Shown piece by piece: positions 9,696 through 17,656 of a stretch of 32,000 nt of DNA. A program made the translations under genes and the position numbers. How positions within the stretch are numbered: the stretch's first letter is position 1; every line of letters begins with the position of its first letter. Location of the stretch: the NCBI RefSeq assembly GCF_016127575.1, contig NZ_CP066018.1, forward strand, positions 2,460,001 through 2,492,000, read 5' to 3'. Under the pieces are notes generated by a model that was not told the origin of the DNA, ran no database searches, and worked only from the letters and a program-made list of their open reading frames with translations. The DNA comes from Cupriavidus necator (GTDB lineage Bacteria > Pseudomonadota > Gammaproteobacteria > Burkholderiales > Burkholderiaceae).

Positions 9696-9709
9696 GTCTC
9701 GACTGGAAG

Positions 9710-9784
9710 TGGAGCGGGCGATGGGAATCGAACCCACGTCTTTAGCTTGGGAAGCTAAGGTAATAGCCATTATACGACGCCCGC
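9710..9784 (-). tRNA. tRNA-Gly, anticodon CCC, CCA encoded
   Basis: Reverse complement GCGGGCGTCGTATAATGGCTATTACCTTAGCTTCCCAAGCTAAAGACGTGGGTTCGATTCCCATCGCCCGCTCCA folds by hand into a cloverleaf. It has a 7-bp acceptor stem, anticodon stem TTAGC/GCTAA with loop TTCCCAA, and a GTGGG-TTCGATT-CCCAT T-arm. Confidence 0.9.
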
Positions 9785-9793
9785 GAACCCGCG

Positions 9794-9823
9794 ATTCTAT
9801 GCGGATTTCTGGCGAGGACGCAA
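9794..9823 (-). promoter_or_regulatory. Candidate sigma70 promoter for tRNA-Gly (TTGCGT-18-TAGAAT)
   Basis: Reverse strand has TTGCGT (9823-9818), an 18-nt spacer, then TAGAAT (9799-9794). The mature tRNA 5' end is 10 nt downstream of the -10. Confidence 0.45.
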
Positions 9824-9844
9824 GCTGCCAGCTGCGGTACGGGC

Positions 9845-9868
9845 AAAATAAGTGCCTGTGCGAGCACT
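9845..9868 (-). terminator. Weak candidate terminator after the transglutaminase-like gene
   Basis: Reverse strand AGTGC-tcgcacag-GCACT followed by TATTTT, about 15 nt after the stop codon. The stem is only 5 bp. Confidence 0.3.
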
Positions 9869-9882
9869 AACGTCCGGATCCG

Positions 9883-10743
9883 CTACCACGTAGAAATCGC
9901 CTGCGGCGTAAACACCGGCATCCCGATGCCAGCCGCCGCATCCGTCAACGGCTCGATTTCCACCGCGGGCCGCTCCGACCTTACCTGGCCGAAGATGGCC
10001 GCAAACGGTATGTCCGCGGCATCCCGGCCGGTGCCGATGCGAAGCAGGCCGGTGGGGATCGAGATGCCCGAAGGATCCAGCAGGTACCAGCGGTGCGACA
10101 GGTAGACCTCCACCACCGCGTGGAAATCCGGCCCGCCCATGTCTGCGTCCGCGCCGTAGTCGAGGCTGCTGGACATGCGTGCCGGGATGCTCAGCGCGCG
10201 GCACAGGGCGATCATCAGGTGGGCGAAATCCCTGCAGACGCCGGTGCGTTCCACGATTGTGTCGGCAGCCGAGGTGCGTTCGTTGGTGGACCGCGACAGG
10301 AAGCGCACATGATTGCGCACCCACTCGCGGATGGCGTAGACGCGCACATAGCCCCGCAGCATGCCGCCGAACTCGCGGCTGGCGAATTCCATCAGGCGGT
10401 CGGATTCGCAGTAGCGGCTTGGTGCCAGGTAGGGCAGGACATCGAAGGGCAGCTCGGCAACGGGCACTTCTGACAACCTGTCGCCGTCTTCCAGGTAGTG
10501 ATCGATGTCGATGATCGCCTCATAGCGGATGCCGAGGGGGCCCTGGGGTGCGCGCAGCCTGAGCAGCCGGTTGGCCAGCACGGGATCGGTGTAGCGGGCG
10601 GTCTCGAGGCCGGGCGGCAGCGTCAGCTGCTCCGAGACGACGGACTGCCGGGGCGTGCGGGCGGCTTCGATATTGAGCAGGAAGTCCGCCATGGGATCCA
10701 TGACTTCATAGGACAGGCTTACTGCGTACCTGAGGCGGTTCAT
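9883..10743 (-). CDS. Transglutaminase-like cysteine peptidase family protein
   Basis: ORF 9883..10812 trimmed to ATG 10743 (MNRLRYAVSLSYEV...). Transglutaminase core with catalytic-type Cys (GVCRDFAHL), His (DFHAVVEVYL) and Asp (WYLLDPSG). Confidence 0.8.
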   Translation of the reverse strand: MNRLRYAVSLSYEVMDPMADFLLNIEAARTPRQSVVSEQLTLPPGLETARYTDPVLANRLLRLRAPQGPLGIRYEAIIDIDHYLEDGDRLSEVPVAELPFDVLPYLAPSRYCESDRLMEFASREFGGMLRGYVRVYAIREWVRNHVRFLSRSTNERTSAADTIVERTGVCRDFAHLMIALCRALSIPARMSSSLDYGADADMGGPDFHAVVEVYLSHRWYLLDPSGISIPTGLLRIGTGRDAADIPFAAIFGQVRSERPAVEIEPLTDAAAGIGMPVFTPQAISTW

Positions 10744-10850
10744 CGGGTGGTCAGCACTGGCTGGGGCCGTGGAAAGGCGGCCGGTTCCCTGGGGCCGGAA
10801 ATGGCGGTGCATCCATTGCCAGTGTAGTGCGGCAGCCAGACCGTGACCTG

Positions 10851-11849
10851 TCAGCGGCGCCGCGCGCGTGCCGGCGGTGCGCCGGTGTCCTGCCTTGTCA
10901 CCGCTTCGAGGGCTTCGCGCAACCGGATCACGGCGGGCGGCGCCTCGATCTGCGCCGGGGTGATGAAGACCAGCCGGCCCGATGCAAACGGGGTGCGCAG
11001 CCGCACTTCCCGCACCATCGACATGGCCTGGTAGTGGGCCAGCGCCGTGGCCGGCGCCACCGTCAGGAAGCCGCCCGCGGCGGTCATGGCCAGGTTGCTG
11101 TGGAACGAGGCCGATTCGATATGCGGAACGGGCGGCAGCTGGCCGGCGTCGAGGAATGGCTGCTCGAACACGTCGCGCGTGTGGGTGCCGCGCGGCGGCA
11201 GGATCCAGGGACCTTCATGCAGGTCCGCCAGCGCGACCTCGCGGCGCCGCGCCAGCGCGTGGGCGGGGGCGCAGACCACGGCCAGGTATTCATCGCGCAG
11301 CGGGGTGATGTGGACCCTGGCCTTGAGCTGGTCGGTGTCGTCTTTCTGCAGCCGGCCCACGATGCAGTCGAGTTCGCCTTCGCAGAGCATTGCGGTCAGG
11401 CCGCCGACGCTATGTTCGCGCACTGCCAGCCGCGGCAGCGCGTCCTGGGCCCGCAGCAGCGCGACCGCCTGCGGCAGCACGTCCACGCCCACCAGCGGCA
11501 GCATGCCCAGCCGGACCAGCGGCACTTCCGGGCGCGCCTGCAGCGCCTCGCCGGCGGCGTCGATCACGCCCAGCACCACGCGCAGCCGCTCCAGCGCGCG
11601 TTCGCCCGCGGCACTCAGCCGTCCGCCGCGCGTGGTGCGTTCGATCAGCCTGCAGCCGAAGGCGTACTCCAGTTCCTGCAGCATCTTGGTGACGGCGGGC
11701 TGGCTGATATGCAGCGCTTCGCCGGCCGCGGTCAGCGAGCCGCTGCGCGCCACCAGGTCGAGCAGGCGCAGGTGCCGGATGCGCAGCCGGTCAATCCGGT
11801 TGGGAGACGGCGTGGCGGCGCTGGCGCGCGTAGGGGAGGCGGGACTCAT
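10851..11849 (-). CDS. LysR-family transcriptional regulator
   Basis: Only the C-terminal 332 codons of shadow-extended ORF 10851..12761 look coding. The N-terminal wHTH is IRHLRLLDLVARSGSLTAAGEALHISQPAVTKMLQELE. Start is ATG 11849, or alternatively ATG 11870. Divergent from the Bug/CoA-transferase genes. Confidence 0.85.
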   Translation of the reverse strand: MSPASPTRASAATPSPNRIDRLRIRHLRLLDLVARSGSLTAAGEALHISQPAVTKMLQELEYAFGCRLIERTTRGGRLSAAGERALERLRVVLGVIDAAGEALQARPEVPLVRLGMLPLVGVDVLPQAVALLRAQDALPRLAVREHSVGGLTAMLCEGELDCIVGRLQKDDTDQLKARVHITPLRDEYLAVVCAPAHALARRREVALADLHEGPWILPPRGTHTRDVFEQPFLDAGQLPPVPHIESASFHSNLAMTAAGGFLTVAPATALAHYQAMSMVREVRLRTPFASGRLVFITPAQIEAPPAVIRLREALEAVTRQDTGAPPARARRR

Positions 11850-11939
11850 AACAAAACGTGATGGTTCCATCAAGACTGGATAATTGTTTCGAATGGCCCG
11901 GCGCCGGACAATCGGGGCAAACCATGGAGGAGACATGCG

Positions 11940-12929
11940 ATGCATGCCAACGTCGGGCGCCGCCTGCTGCTGAAGTCCCTGCTGGCGCTGCCGGCCGCTG
12001 CCGCGCTGGGCAGGGCCGGTGCGGCCAGTCCCTATCCCAACCGCCCGATCCGGCTGGTGGTGCCCTACGCCGCCGGCGGCGGTCCGGATATCCAGACCCG
12101 CAAGCTGGCTGAGTTGCTGGCGCGAGAGCTTGGCCAGCCGGTGGTGGTCGAGAACAAGGTCGGTGCAGGCGGCATCCTGGCCGCGGAGTTTGTCGCGCAG
12201 CAGCCGGCGGATGGCTACACGCTGATGCTGGGTGCCTCGACCCATGTCACGCAGAAGCTGCTGCAGCCCGGCGCGAAGTTCGACCCGATGGCGTTCACCC
12301 ACATCATCCGCGTCGGCGTCAGTCCGGCGGTGCTGGTGGTCAGCGCCGGCTCGCCGTACCGGAACGTGGCCGACCTGGTCGCCGCGGCGCGGCGCGCGCC
12401 GGGCACGCTGAACTACGCCTCGGGCGGGATCGGCTCGGCCGCGCATGTGTCGGGCGCGGCGTTTGCGTCGGCCACCGGCATCGACGTGGTGCATGTGCCG
12501 TACAAGGGCTCGGTCGAGATCGTGCCATCGCTGATAAAGGGCGACACGCAGTTCGGCTTCCCGGTGGCGGCGACGGCGATTCCGCAGATCGCCAGCGGCA
12601 AGGTGCGGGCCCTGGCGGTGACCTCGGCCAGCCGCGCCGCGGTGCTGCCGCAGGTGCCCACGCTGAATGAGGCGCTGGGCCGCAAGGATCTCGATCTCGA
12701 CGCATGGAGCGGCATCTGGGCGCCGCCGCATCTGCCCGCGCCGATCGTGGCGCGGCTGCATGCCGCGGTGCTGCAGGCGCTGGGCGATCCCGGCCTGCGC
12801 CGGCGCTATGCCGAGATGGGCGCGGTGCTTGCGCCGACGCCCACGCCTGAAGCCTTCTCGCGGCTGGTGGCCGATGAGACCACCCGCATCCGCCAGGTTA
12901 TCGACAAGAACCGCATCACCATCGAATAG
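11940..12929 (+). CDS. Bug-family (TctC-like) tripartite tricarboxylate transporter substrate-binding protein
   Basis: 329 aa. Twin-arginine-like signal (GRRLLLKSLLALPAAAALG) followed by YPNRPIRLVVPYAAGGGPDIQTR...VVENKVGAGG, typical of Bug receptors. GGAGGAG RBS upstream. Confidence 0.9.
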   Translation: MHANVGRRLLLKSLLALPAAAALGRAGAASPYPNRPIRLVVPYAAGGGPDIQTRKLAELLARELGQPVVVENKVGAGGILAAEFVAQQPADGYTLMLGASTHVTQKLLQPGAKFDPMAFTHIIRVGVSPAVLVVSAGSPYRNVADLVAAARRAPGTLNYASGGIGSAAHVSGAAFASATGIDVVHVPYKGSVEIVPSLIKGDTQFGFPVAATAIPQIASGKVRALAVTSASRAAVLPQVPTLNEALGRKDLDLDAWSGIWAPPHLPAPIVARLHAAVLQALGDPGLRRRYAEMGAVLAPTPTPEAFSRLVADETTRIRQVIDKNRITIE

Positions 12930-12937
12930 GCTATCCC

Positions 12938-14050
12938 ATGACCCTCACTCCACAACCGGATTTTGCCCCGCTGGCCGGCATCACCGTGCTGGATTTCTCG
13001 CACGTGATCGCCGGGCCGTTTGCCACCTTCCTGCTGGCGCAGTTGGGGGCGCGGATCACCAAGGTCGAGAGCGCCGGCGGTGGCGACGTGATGCGCCGCG
13101 CGGGCAAGGGGCATGCCGCCTTTGTCGCGCTCAATGCGGGCAAGTCGTCGCTGGCGCTCGACCTGTCGGATGAGGCAGGGCGCGAACACGCGCTGGAACT
13201 GGCCGGCCGCTGCGATGTCTTCGTCGACAACCTGCGGCCGGGCGTGCTCGAGCGCTTCGGGCTGGGCTATGAAGCCGTGCGCGCGCGCAATCCGCGCGTG
13301 GTCTATTGCAGCATCTCGGGCTTTGGCCGCGGCGCGGCGCAGTGGCATGGCCGGCCTGCCTACGACCACGTGGTGCAGGCCGCCACCGGCATGGCCTGGA
13401 TGGGCGGCACCGAGGGCGATCCGCCGATGAAGACCGGCTTCCCGGTGATCGACTCGGCCACCGGCATGCTGGCCGCCTTTGCCATCCTGGCCGGCGTGCG
13501 CGAGAGCGAACGCACGGGGCGGGGCATGCTGCTCGATGTCTCGATGGCCACCGCCGGCCTGCAACTGATGTATCCGATGACGTGCGATGCCATGACCACC
13601 GGCGGCGTGCCGGCGCGGCAGGGCAACCAGGGCTATTCGGGCAGCCCGTCGGCCGATTTCTTCCGCACGCAGGATGGCTGGCTGGCGATCGGCGCGAATA
13701 CGCCGAAGCAGTTGCTGGCGCTGCTTGACGCACTCGGGCTGGGCGGGCTTGCGCAAGATCCGGCCTTGTTCGAGACGCCGCTGGATGCGGGCGCCTTGCC
13801 TGCCTTCGTGCGCTCGCTCGATCCGGCCGCGCTCAAGCGGGCGATTGCGGGCGCAGTGGCGGCGGGCACCGCGGAGGATCTGGAATTGCGCCTCAGCGCG
13901 CTGGGGATCCCGGCGGCCCGCCTGCGCAATATCGCTGAGTTTGCGGGGGAGTCGATGGCCAATGGCAGCCTGCGGCCGGTGGCGCTGCAGGAAGGGGAGA
14001 CCGAGGTGCTGTCGCCGGGGCTGGGCTTCCAGGTCTACCGCCCGGTATGA
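12938..14050 (+). CDS. CaiB/BaiF family III CoA-transferase
   Basis: 370 aa. N-terminus PLAGITVLDFSHVIAGPFATFLLAQLGARITKVE is the family III CoA-transferase signature. Start is 8 nt after the Bug gene stop. Confidence 0.9.
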   Translation: MTLTPQPDFAPLAGITVLDFSHVIAGPFATFLLAQLGARITKVESAGGGDVMRRAGKGHAAFVALNAGKSSLALDLSDEAGREHALELAGRCDVFVDNLRPGVLERFGLGYEAVRARNPRVVYCSISGFGRGAAQWHGRPAYDHVVQAATGMAWMGGTEGDPPMKTGFPVIDSATGMLAAFAILAGVRESERTGRGMLLDVSMATAGLQLMYPMTCDAMTTGGVPARQGNQGYSGSPSADFFRTQDGWLAIGANTPKQLLALLDALGLGGLAQDPALFETPLDAGALPAFVRSLDPAALKRAIAGAVAAGTAEDLELRLSALGIPAARLRNIAEFAGESMANGSLRPVALQEGETEVLSPGLGFQVYRPV

Positions 14051-14067
14051 CACCCGGCGGCGTATAG

Positions 14068-14514
14068 TTGCTGGCACGATGGCGCACGGCTGTGTGCCGC
14101 CATCGCTCCAACTCGCAACGTCAGGACGCCGCCACCTTGACCACCGATTTCTTCGCCCGCTTTGAAGCGGAATGCCTGCCGCGCATCGCCGCCGCGATTG
14201 GCCAGCATGACCGGCGCGTGCAACTCCACACCCTGCCCGCCGAAGCCCCCGGCTGGCCGCCGCGCCTGCGCGTAACCGGGGATGGCCCGCCGGACCTGCG
14301 GCGCCACCCTTATGCGCTGGATATCACGCTGGCGTGGGACGGGCTGGAGGTGCAACGGCTGTTTGCGGCAGGGGGCGAGACGCGCTTTGCCGGTTACCTG
14401 GCGGCGCTGCCGGCAAAGCTGCGCGCCTGGCAGGAGCCGCGCGGGATCGATTTCCGCTCGCTGTCGCAGGCTGACCCGGCGATCCTGATCGGCGGACTGG
14501 ATTTCGAGCGCTGA
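14068..14514 (+). CDS. Hypothetical protein (no recognisable family)
   Basis: 148-aa ORF with high GC3 from about codon 24 onward. A more likely start is TTG 14137, with AGGA 10 nt upstream. I saw no motif in the sequence. Ends 15 nt from the convergent epimerase gene. Confidence 0.5.
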   Translation: MLARWRTAVCRHRSNSQRQDAATLTTDFFARFEAECLPRIAAAIGQHDRRVQLHTLPAEAPGWPPRLRVTGDGPPDLRRHPYALDITLAWDGLEVQRLFAAGGETRFAGYLAALPAKLRAWQEPRGIDFRSLSQADPAILIGGLDFER

Positions 14515-14529
14515 GCCGGGTGCACTGAC

Positions 14530-15432
14530 TCAGCCAGCCACCCGCAGCCGGCATATCGCGCTTTCCGTTTGCCCCGGCTCGATCCAGCGCAGCCCCTGAC
14601 CGTGGTGGATCGCGTCGGGCAGGCCTGCCCACGGTTCCACGCAATAGAAGTCGGAGGTTTCGTTTTCGGACCAGGTCGTCACGGCATGCCATGGCGCGCT
14701 GCCGGCAAGGTCGAGTTCGAACGTGACGCGGCGGTCCGGCATCGCCAGCGCGGCGGACGGGCTGTCGCGAAAGACGTGGAACGTGTCCTGCAGGCGTGCG
14801 TCGTCCAGCCAGTAAGTCGTCTCGCCCCGCTCTGCGGGCCCGGGGCTGCCATCGGGTAGCTGGCGCATGCGGTCCGTGCCCGGCAATGCCAGCGACGCGG
14901 CGCCACGTTGCGCGTGCGGCAGCGCGAAATAGAAATGGTGGCCGGGATAGCAGGGCAGGCGTTGCGCGCCGGTATTGATGGTGCGCAGCGTGACTTCGAG
15001 GCCGTCGGGCAGCAAGCGGTAGATGGCGTCGAAGACAAAGGCAAAGGGGTAGCCGGCCCGCGTTGCATCGCTGTCGCGCAGCGTCATCGTGATCGCGGCT
15101 TGCGCGTCGATGGCGCTGACGTCGAAGGGCAGGTCGCGCGCAAAGCCGTGCTGCGCCAGCGTGCGCATGGTCCCTTGTCCGTCGCGCCACTGGCCCGGAT
15201 TGCCATCGGCAAAATGCCGGCCGATAAACGGAAACAGCAGCGGGTTGCCGCCGCGGACCTTGGCCGGGCGGGACCAGTCGGCAGCGTCCGGCCAGTAGAG
15301 GATGTCCTGTCCGCGGTGCACCCAGCGGACCAGCCGCCCGCCGTGTTGCGGGGCGAGCAGCAGGAACGTGTCGGCATCGCCGATCCGGACCAGCGGCTGG
15401 CCCTGGAAGTCTTGTGTCGGTAGCAATGGCAT
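14530..15432 (-). CDS. Aldose 1-epimerase (galactose mutarotase-like) family protein
   Basis: 300 aa. GGNPLLFPFIGR and QHGFARDLPF motifs plus a beta-sandwich-like sequence typical of the aldose epimerase superfamily. Confidence 0.75.
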   Translation of the reverse strand: MPLLPTQDFQGQPLVRIGDADTFLLLAPQHGGRLVRWVHRGQDILYWPDAADWSRPAKVRGGNPLLFPFIGRHFADGNPGQWRDGQGTMRTLAQHGFARDLPFDVSAIDAQAAITMTLRDSDATRAGYPFAFVFDAIYRLLPDGLEVTLRTINTGAQRLPCYPGHHFYFALPHAQRGAASLALPGTDRMRQLPDGSPGPAERGETTYWLDDARLQDTFHVFRDSPSAALAMPDRRVTFELDLAGSAPWHAVTTWSENETSDFYCVEPWAGLPDAIHHGQGLRWIEPGQTESAICRLRVAG

Positions 15433-15516
15433 GTTGATCGTTGGTGCCGCGCCGTTCGCGTGCCGCCCGGCGCAGCTGCCATGATAAGCGAGGCCAGCGC
15501 GCTGGCGGCTGCCGGG

Positions 15517-16731
15517 TTAGCTGCTGGTGTAGATGGTGTTGCGCACCAGCGGGTACACCTGCGTCTCCCACCGCCTGCCGTTGAACACGCCATAGTGCCC
15601 GACCCCGGTCTGCACATGATGCATGCGCATGTAGGGGCGCAGGCTGGAGCACAGGTCCTGCGCCGCCACGGTCTGGCCGATGGCGCAGATATCGTCGCGT
15701 TCACCCTCCACGGTGAGCAGGGCGGTGCGGTGGATGGCGCGCGTGCGGACACGGCGTCCGCTCACGTCAAGCAGGCCCTGGGCCAGCAGGAAGCGCTGGA
15801 ATACCAGGCTGACGGTTTCCAGGTAGAACTCCGCGGTCAGGTCCATGGTGGCGAAGTACTCGATGTAGAAGTCGCGGATGGCATCGGCCTTGTCGTGCTC
15901 GCCGCGCTCGCGCAGGGCGTAGAGCTCGCGCAGCGCCTGTTCGTGCCGCTCCGGGTTCATGCTCATGAAGGCCAGCAGCTGCACGTGGCCCGGGTAGACG
16001 CGCCGCATCGCGCCGGCAAAGCGCAGCGGCACCATGCCGATCAAGGTGCGCTCGAACCATTCGAGGGGTTGGCTCATGGCCAGCGCGTTGACCTTGGTCG
16101 GATTGACGCGCGCGTCGATGGGGCCGGCCATCAGCGTCAGGCTGGGCGGCTGGGCGGGATCCCCGTCCTCGGCCATGAGTGCCGCTGCCGCCAGCGCTGC
16201 CACGGCAGGCTGGCAAATCGCCACCAGATGCGTGCCTCCGCCCAGCGTCTGCAGGAAGCCGATCAGGTGCTGCACGAATTCATCGAAGCCGAAGCGCCCG
16301 GCCAGCAACGGAATGTCGCGGGGGTTGTGCCAGTCGGTGAGATAGACGTCGTGGTCGGCCAGCATGGTCTGGACCGTGCCGCGCAGCAGCGTGGCGAAGT
16401 GGCCGGACATCGGCGCCACCAGCAGCACGCGCGGCTGGCCGACGATGCCGTGGCGGCGGAAGTGCAGCAGCGAGCAGAACGGCGTGCGCGCGACGACTTC
16501 CTCGGTGACCGGCACCGGCTGGCCGCCGACGGTTGCGTGGTCGATGCCGAAGGCCGGCCGGTGGTGCGTGAGCCGCACCAGTGCGATGAGCTCGCAGGCG
16601 GCACGCAGGCGGGGCACCGCGTCGAAACCACCGGACCTGGGATTTGCCGCCAGCGTCGCGGCAGCCAGCTCCGCCAGCGTGCAGGCCGGCAGTATCATGT
16701 CCGCGTAGATCTGGTAGGCGTGGTACAGCAT
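15517..16731 (-). CDS. phaZ: Intracellular poly(3-hydroxybutyrate) depolymerase (PhaZa type)
   Basis: ORF 15517..16776 trimmed to ATG 16731 (MLYHAYQIYADM...). Collinear from memory with Cupriavidus necator PhaZa1: VAPMSGHFATLLRGTV, YLTDWHNPRD, AICQPAVAAL, MAGPIDAR, MNPERH, TVEGERDDI, GHYGVFNGRRW. Confidence 0.85.
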   Translation of the reverse strand: MLYHAYQIYADMILPACTLAELAAATLAANPRSGGFDAVPRLRAACELIALVRLTHHRPAFGIDHATVGGQPVPVTEEVVARTPFCSLLHFRRHGIVGQPRVLLVAPMSGHFATLLRGTVQTMLADHDVYLTDWHNPRDIPLLAGRFGFDEFVQHLIGFLQTLGGGTHLVAICQPAVAALAAAALMAEDGDPAQPPSLTLMAGPIDARVNPTKVNALAMSQPLEWFERTLIGMVPLRFAGAMRRVYPGHVQLLAFMSMNPERHEQALRELYALRERGEHDKADAIRDFYIEYFATMDLTAEFYLETVSLVFQRFLLAQGLLDVSGRRVRTRAIHRTALLTVEGERDDICAIGQTVAAQDLCSSLRPYMRMHHVQTGVGHYGVFNGRRWETQVYPLVRNTIYTSS

Positions 16732-16852
16732 GGCTCGGTCCCCGCTATTCTGGTTCTTGCGAGCCGCAATATGCATGCCATCAGTTTATGCCTGGCACGC
16801 GCCTTGCGCATTGTGCTGTGAGCGGGCGGACAATGCCGCGCAAGTAGCGAGG

Positions 16853-16892
16853 CATGCGCCTGGCGCATGGGCATGGCGCCGCTTCGCGGCGC
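16853..16892. repeat. Two adjacent GC-rich palindromes in the phaZ/GST divergent intergenic region
   Basis: CATGCGCC-T-GGCGCATG (16853-16869, 8-bp arms) and GCGCCGC-TTC-GCGGCGC (16876-16892, 7-bp arms), both read directly. Confidence 0.5.
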
Positions 16893-16981
16893 GTTGCGCG
16901 CAGCGGCTTCAGACTGGTGCCTGCCGGATGCACTGCATAGGTGCGCGGCCATTAGCGGCAACAAGCAGTAAAGGAGGCGCG

Positions 16982-17635
16982 ATGTCCAAGACCACACTCA
17001 CCATTAGCAGCAAGACCTATTCCTCATGGTCGCTGCGCGGCTGGCTGCTGGCGCGCTTTGCCGGCCTGGAATTCGAAGAAGTGCTGGTGCCGCCGGACGA
17101 CGCCGCGGCGCGTGCGGAAATCCTGCTGCTGTCCCCGTCGATCCTGGTGCCGTGCCTGCGCCACCACGGCGTGACGGTGTGGGACACGCTGGCAATCGCC
17201 GAATACCTGAATGAAATCCACCCCAAGGCTGGCCTGCTGCCGGAAGACCGCGCCGCGCGTGCCCACTGCCGTGCCATCTGCGGCGAGATGCATTCCGGGT
17301 TCGCCGCGATGCGTTCGGCGCTGCCGATGAACCTGAAGGGGCATTTCCCCGGGATGAAGGTGTGGTCGCGTGCGCAGGCGGACATCGATCGCGTCACGGC
17401 GATCTGGACCGAATGCCTGACGCGCTACGGCGGGCCATACCTGTTCGGCACGCGCACCATGGCCGACGCCATGTACGCGCCGGTGGTGACGCGCTTTGTC
17501 ACCTATGGCGTGATGCTCGATCCCGTGCCGGTTGCCTACTGCAAGCAGATCCTGTCGATGCCGGAACTGCAGGAGTGGATCGCGGCGGCGCGCGAGGAAC
17601 CCGACGAAATCAGCGAGCTGGATGTGGAGTTCTAG
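16982..17635 (+). CDS. Glutathione S-transferase family protein
   Basis: ORF 16730..17635 trimmed to ATG 16982, preceded by AAGGAGG. The 217-aa product has an N-terminal thioredoxin-like GST fold (SSKTYSSWSLRGWLLARFAGLEFEEV...VPCL...WDTLAIAEYL). Confidence 0.8.
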   Translation: MSKTTLTISSKTYSSWSLRGWLLARFAGLEFEEVLVPPDDAAARAEILLLSPSILVPCLRHHGVTVWDTLAIAEYLNEIHPKAGLLPEDRAARAHCRAICGEMHSGFAAMRSALPMNLKGHFPGMKVWSRAQADIDRVTAIWTECLTRYGGPYLFGTRTMADAMYAPVVTRFVTYGVMLDPVPVAYCKQILSMPELQEWIAAAREEPDEISELDVEF

Positions 17636-17656
17636 CGGCCGCCGCCGGCGCTGACG

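Noticed and set aside
9710-14514. Genomic island integrated at tRNA-Gly (transglutaminase-like, LysR, Bug and CoA-transferase genes lie next to the tRNA).
   Set aside because: I saw no integrase or transposase and no second copy of the tRNA 3' end by eye. These genes flank the 5' side of the tRNA, not the 3' side where islands usually integrate. GC and codon usage look native.
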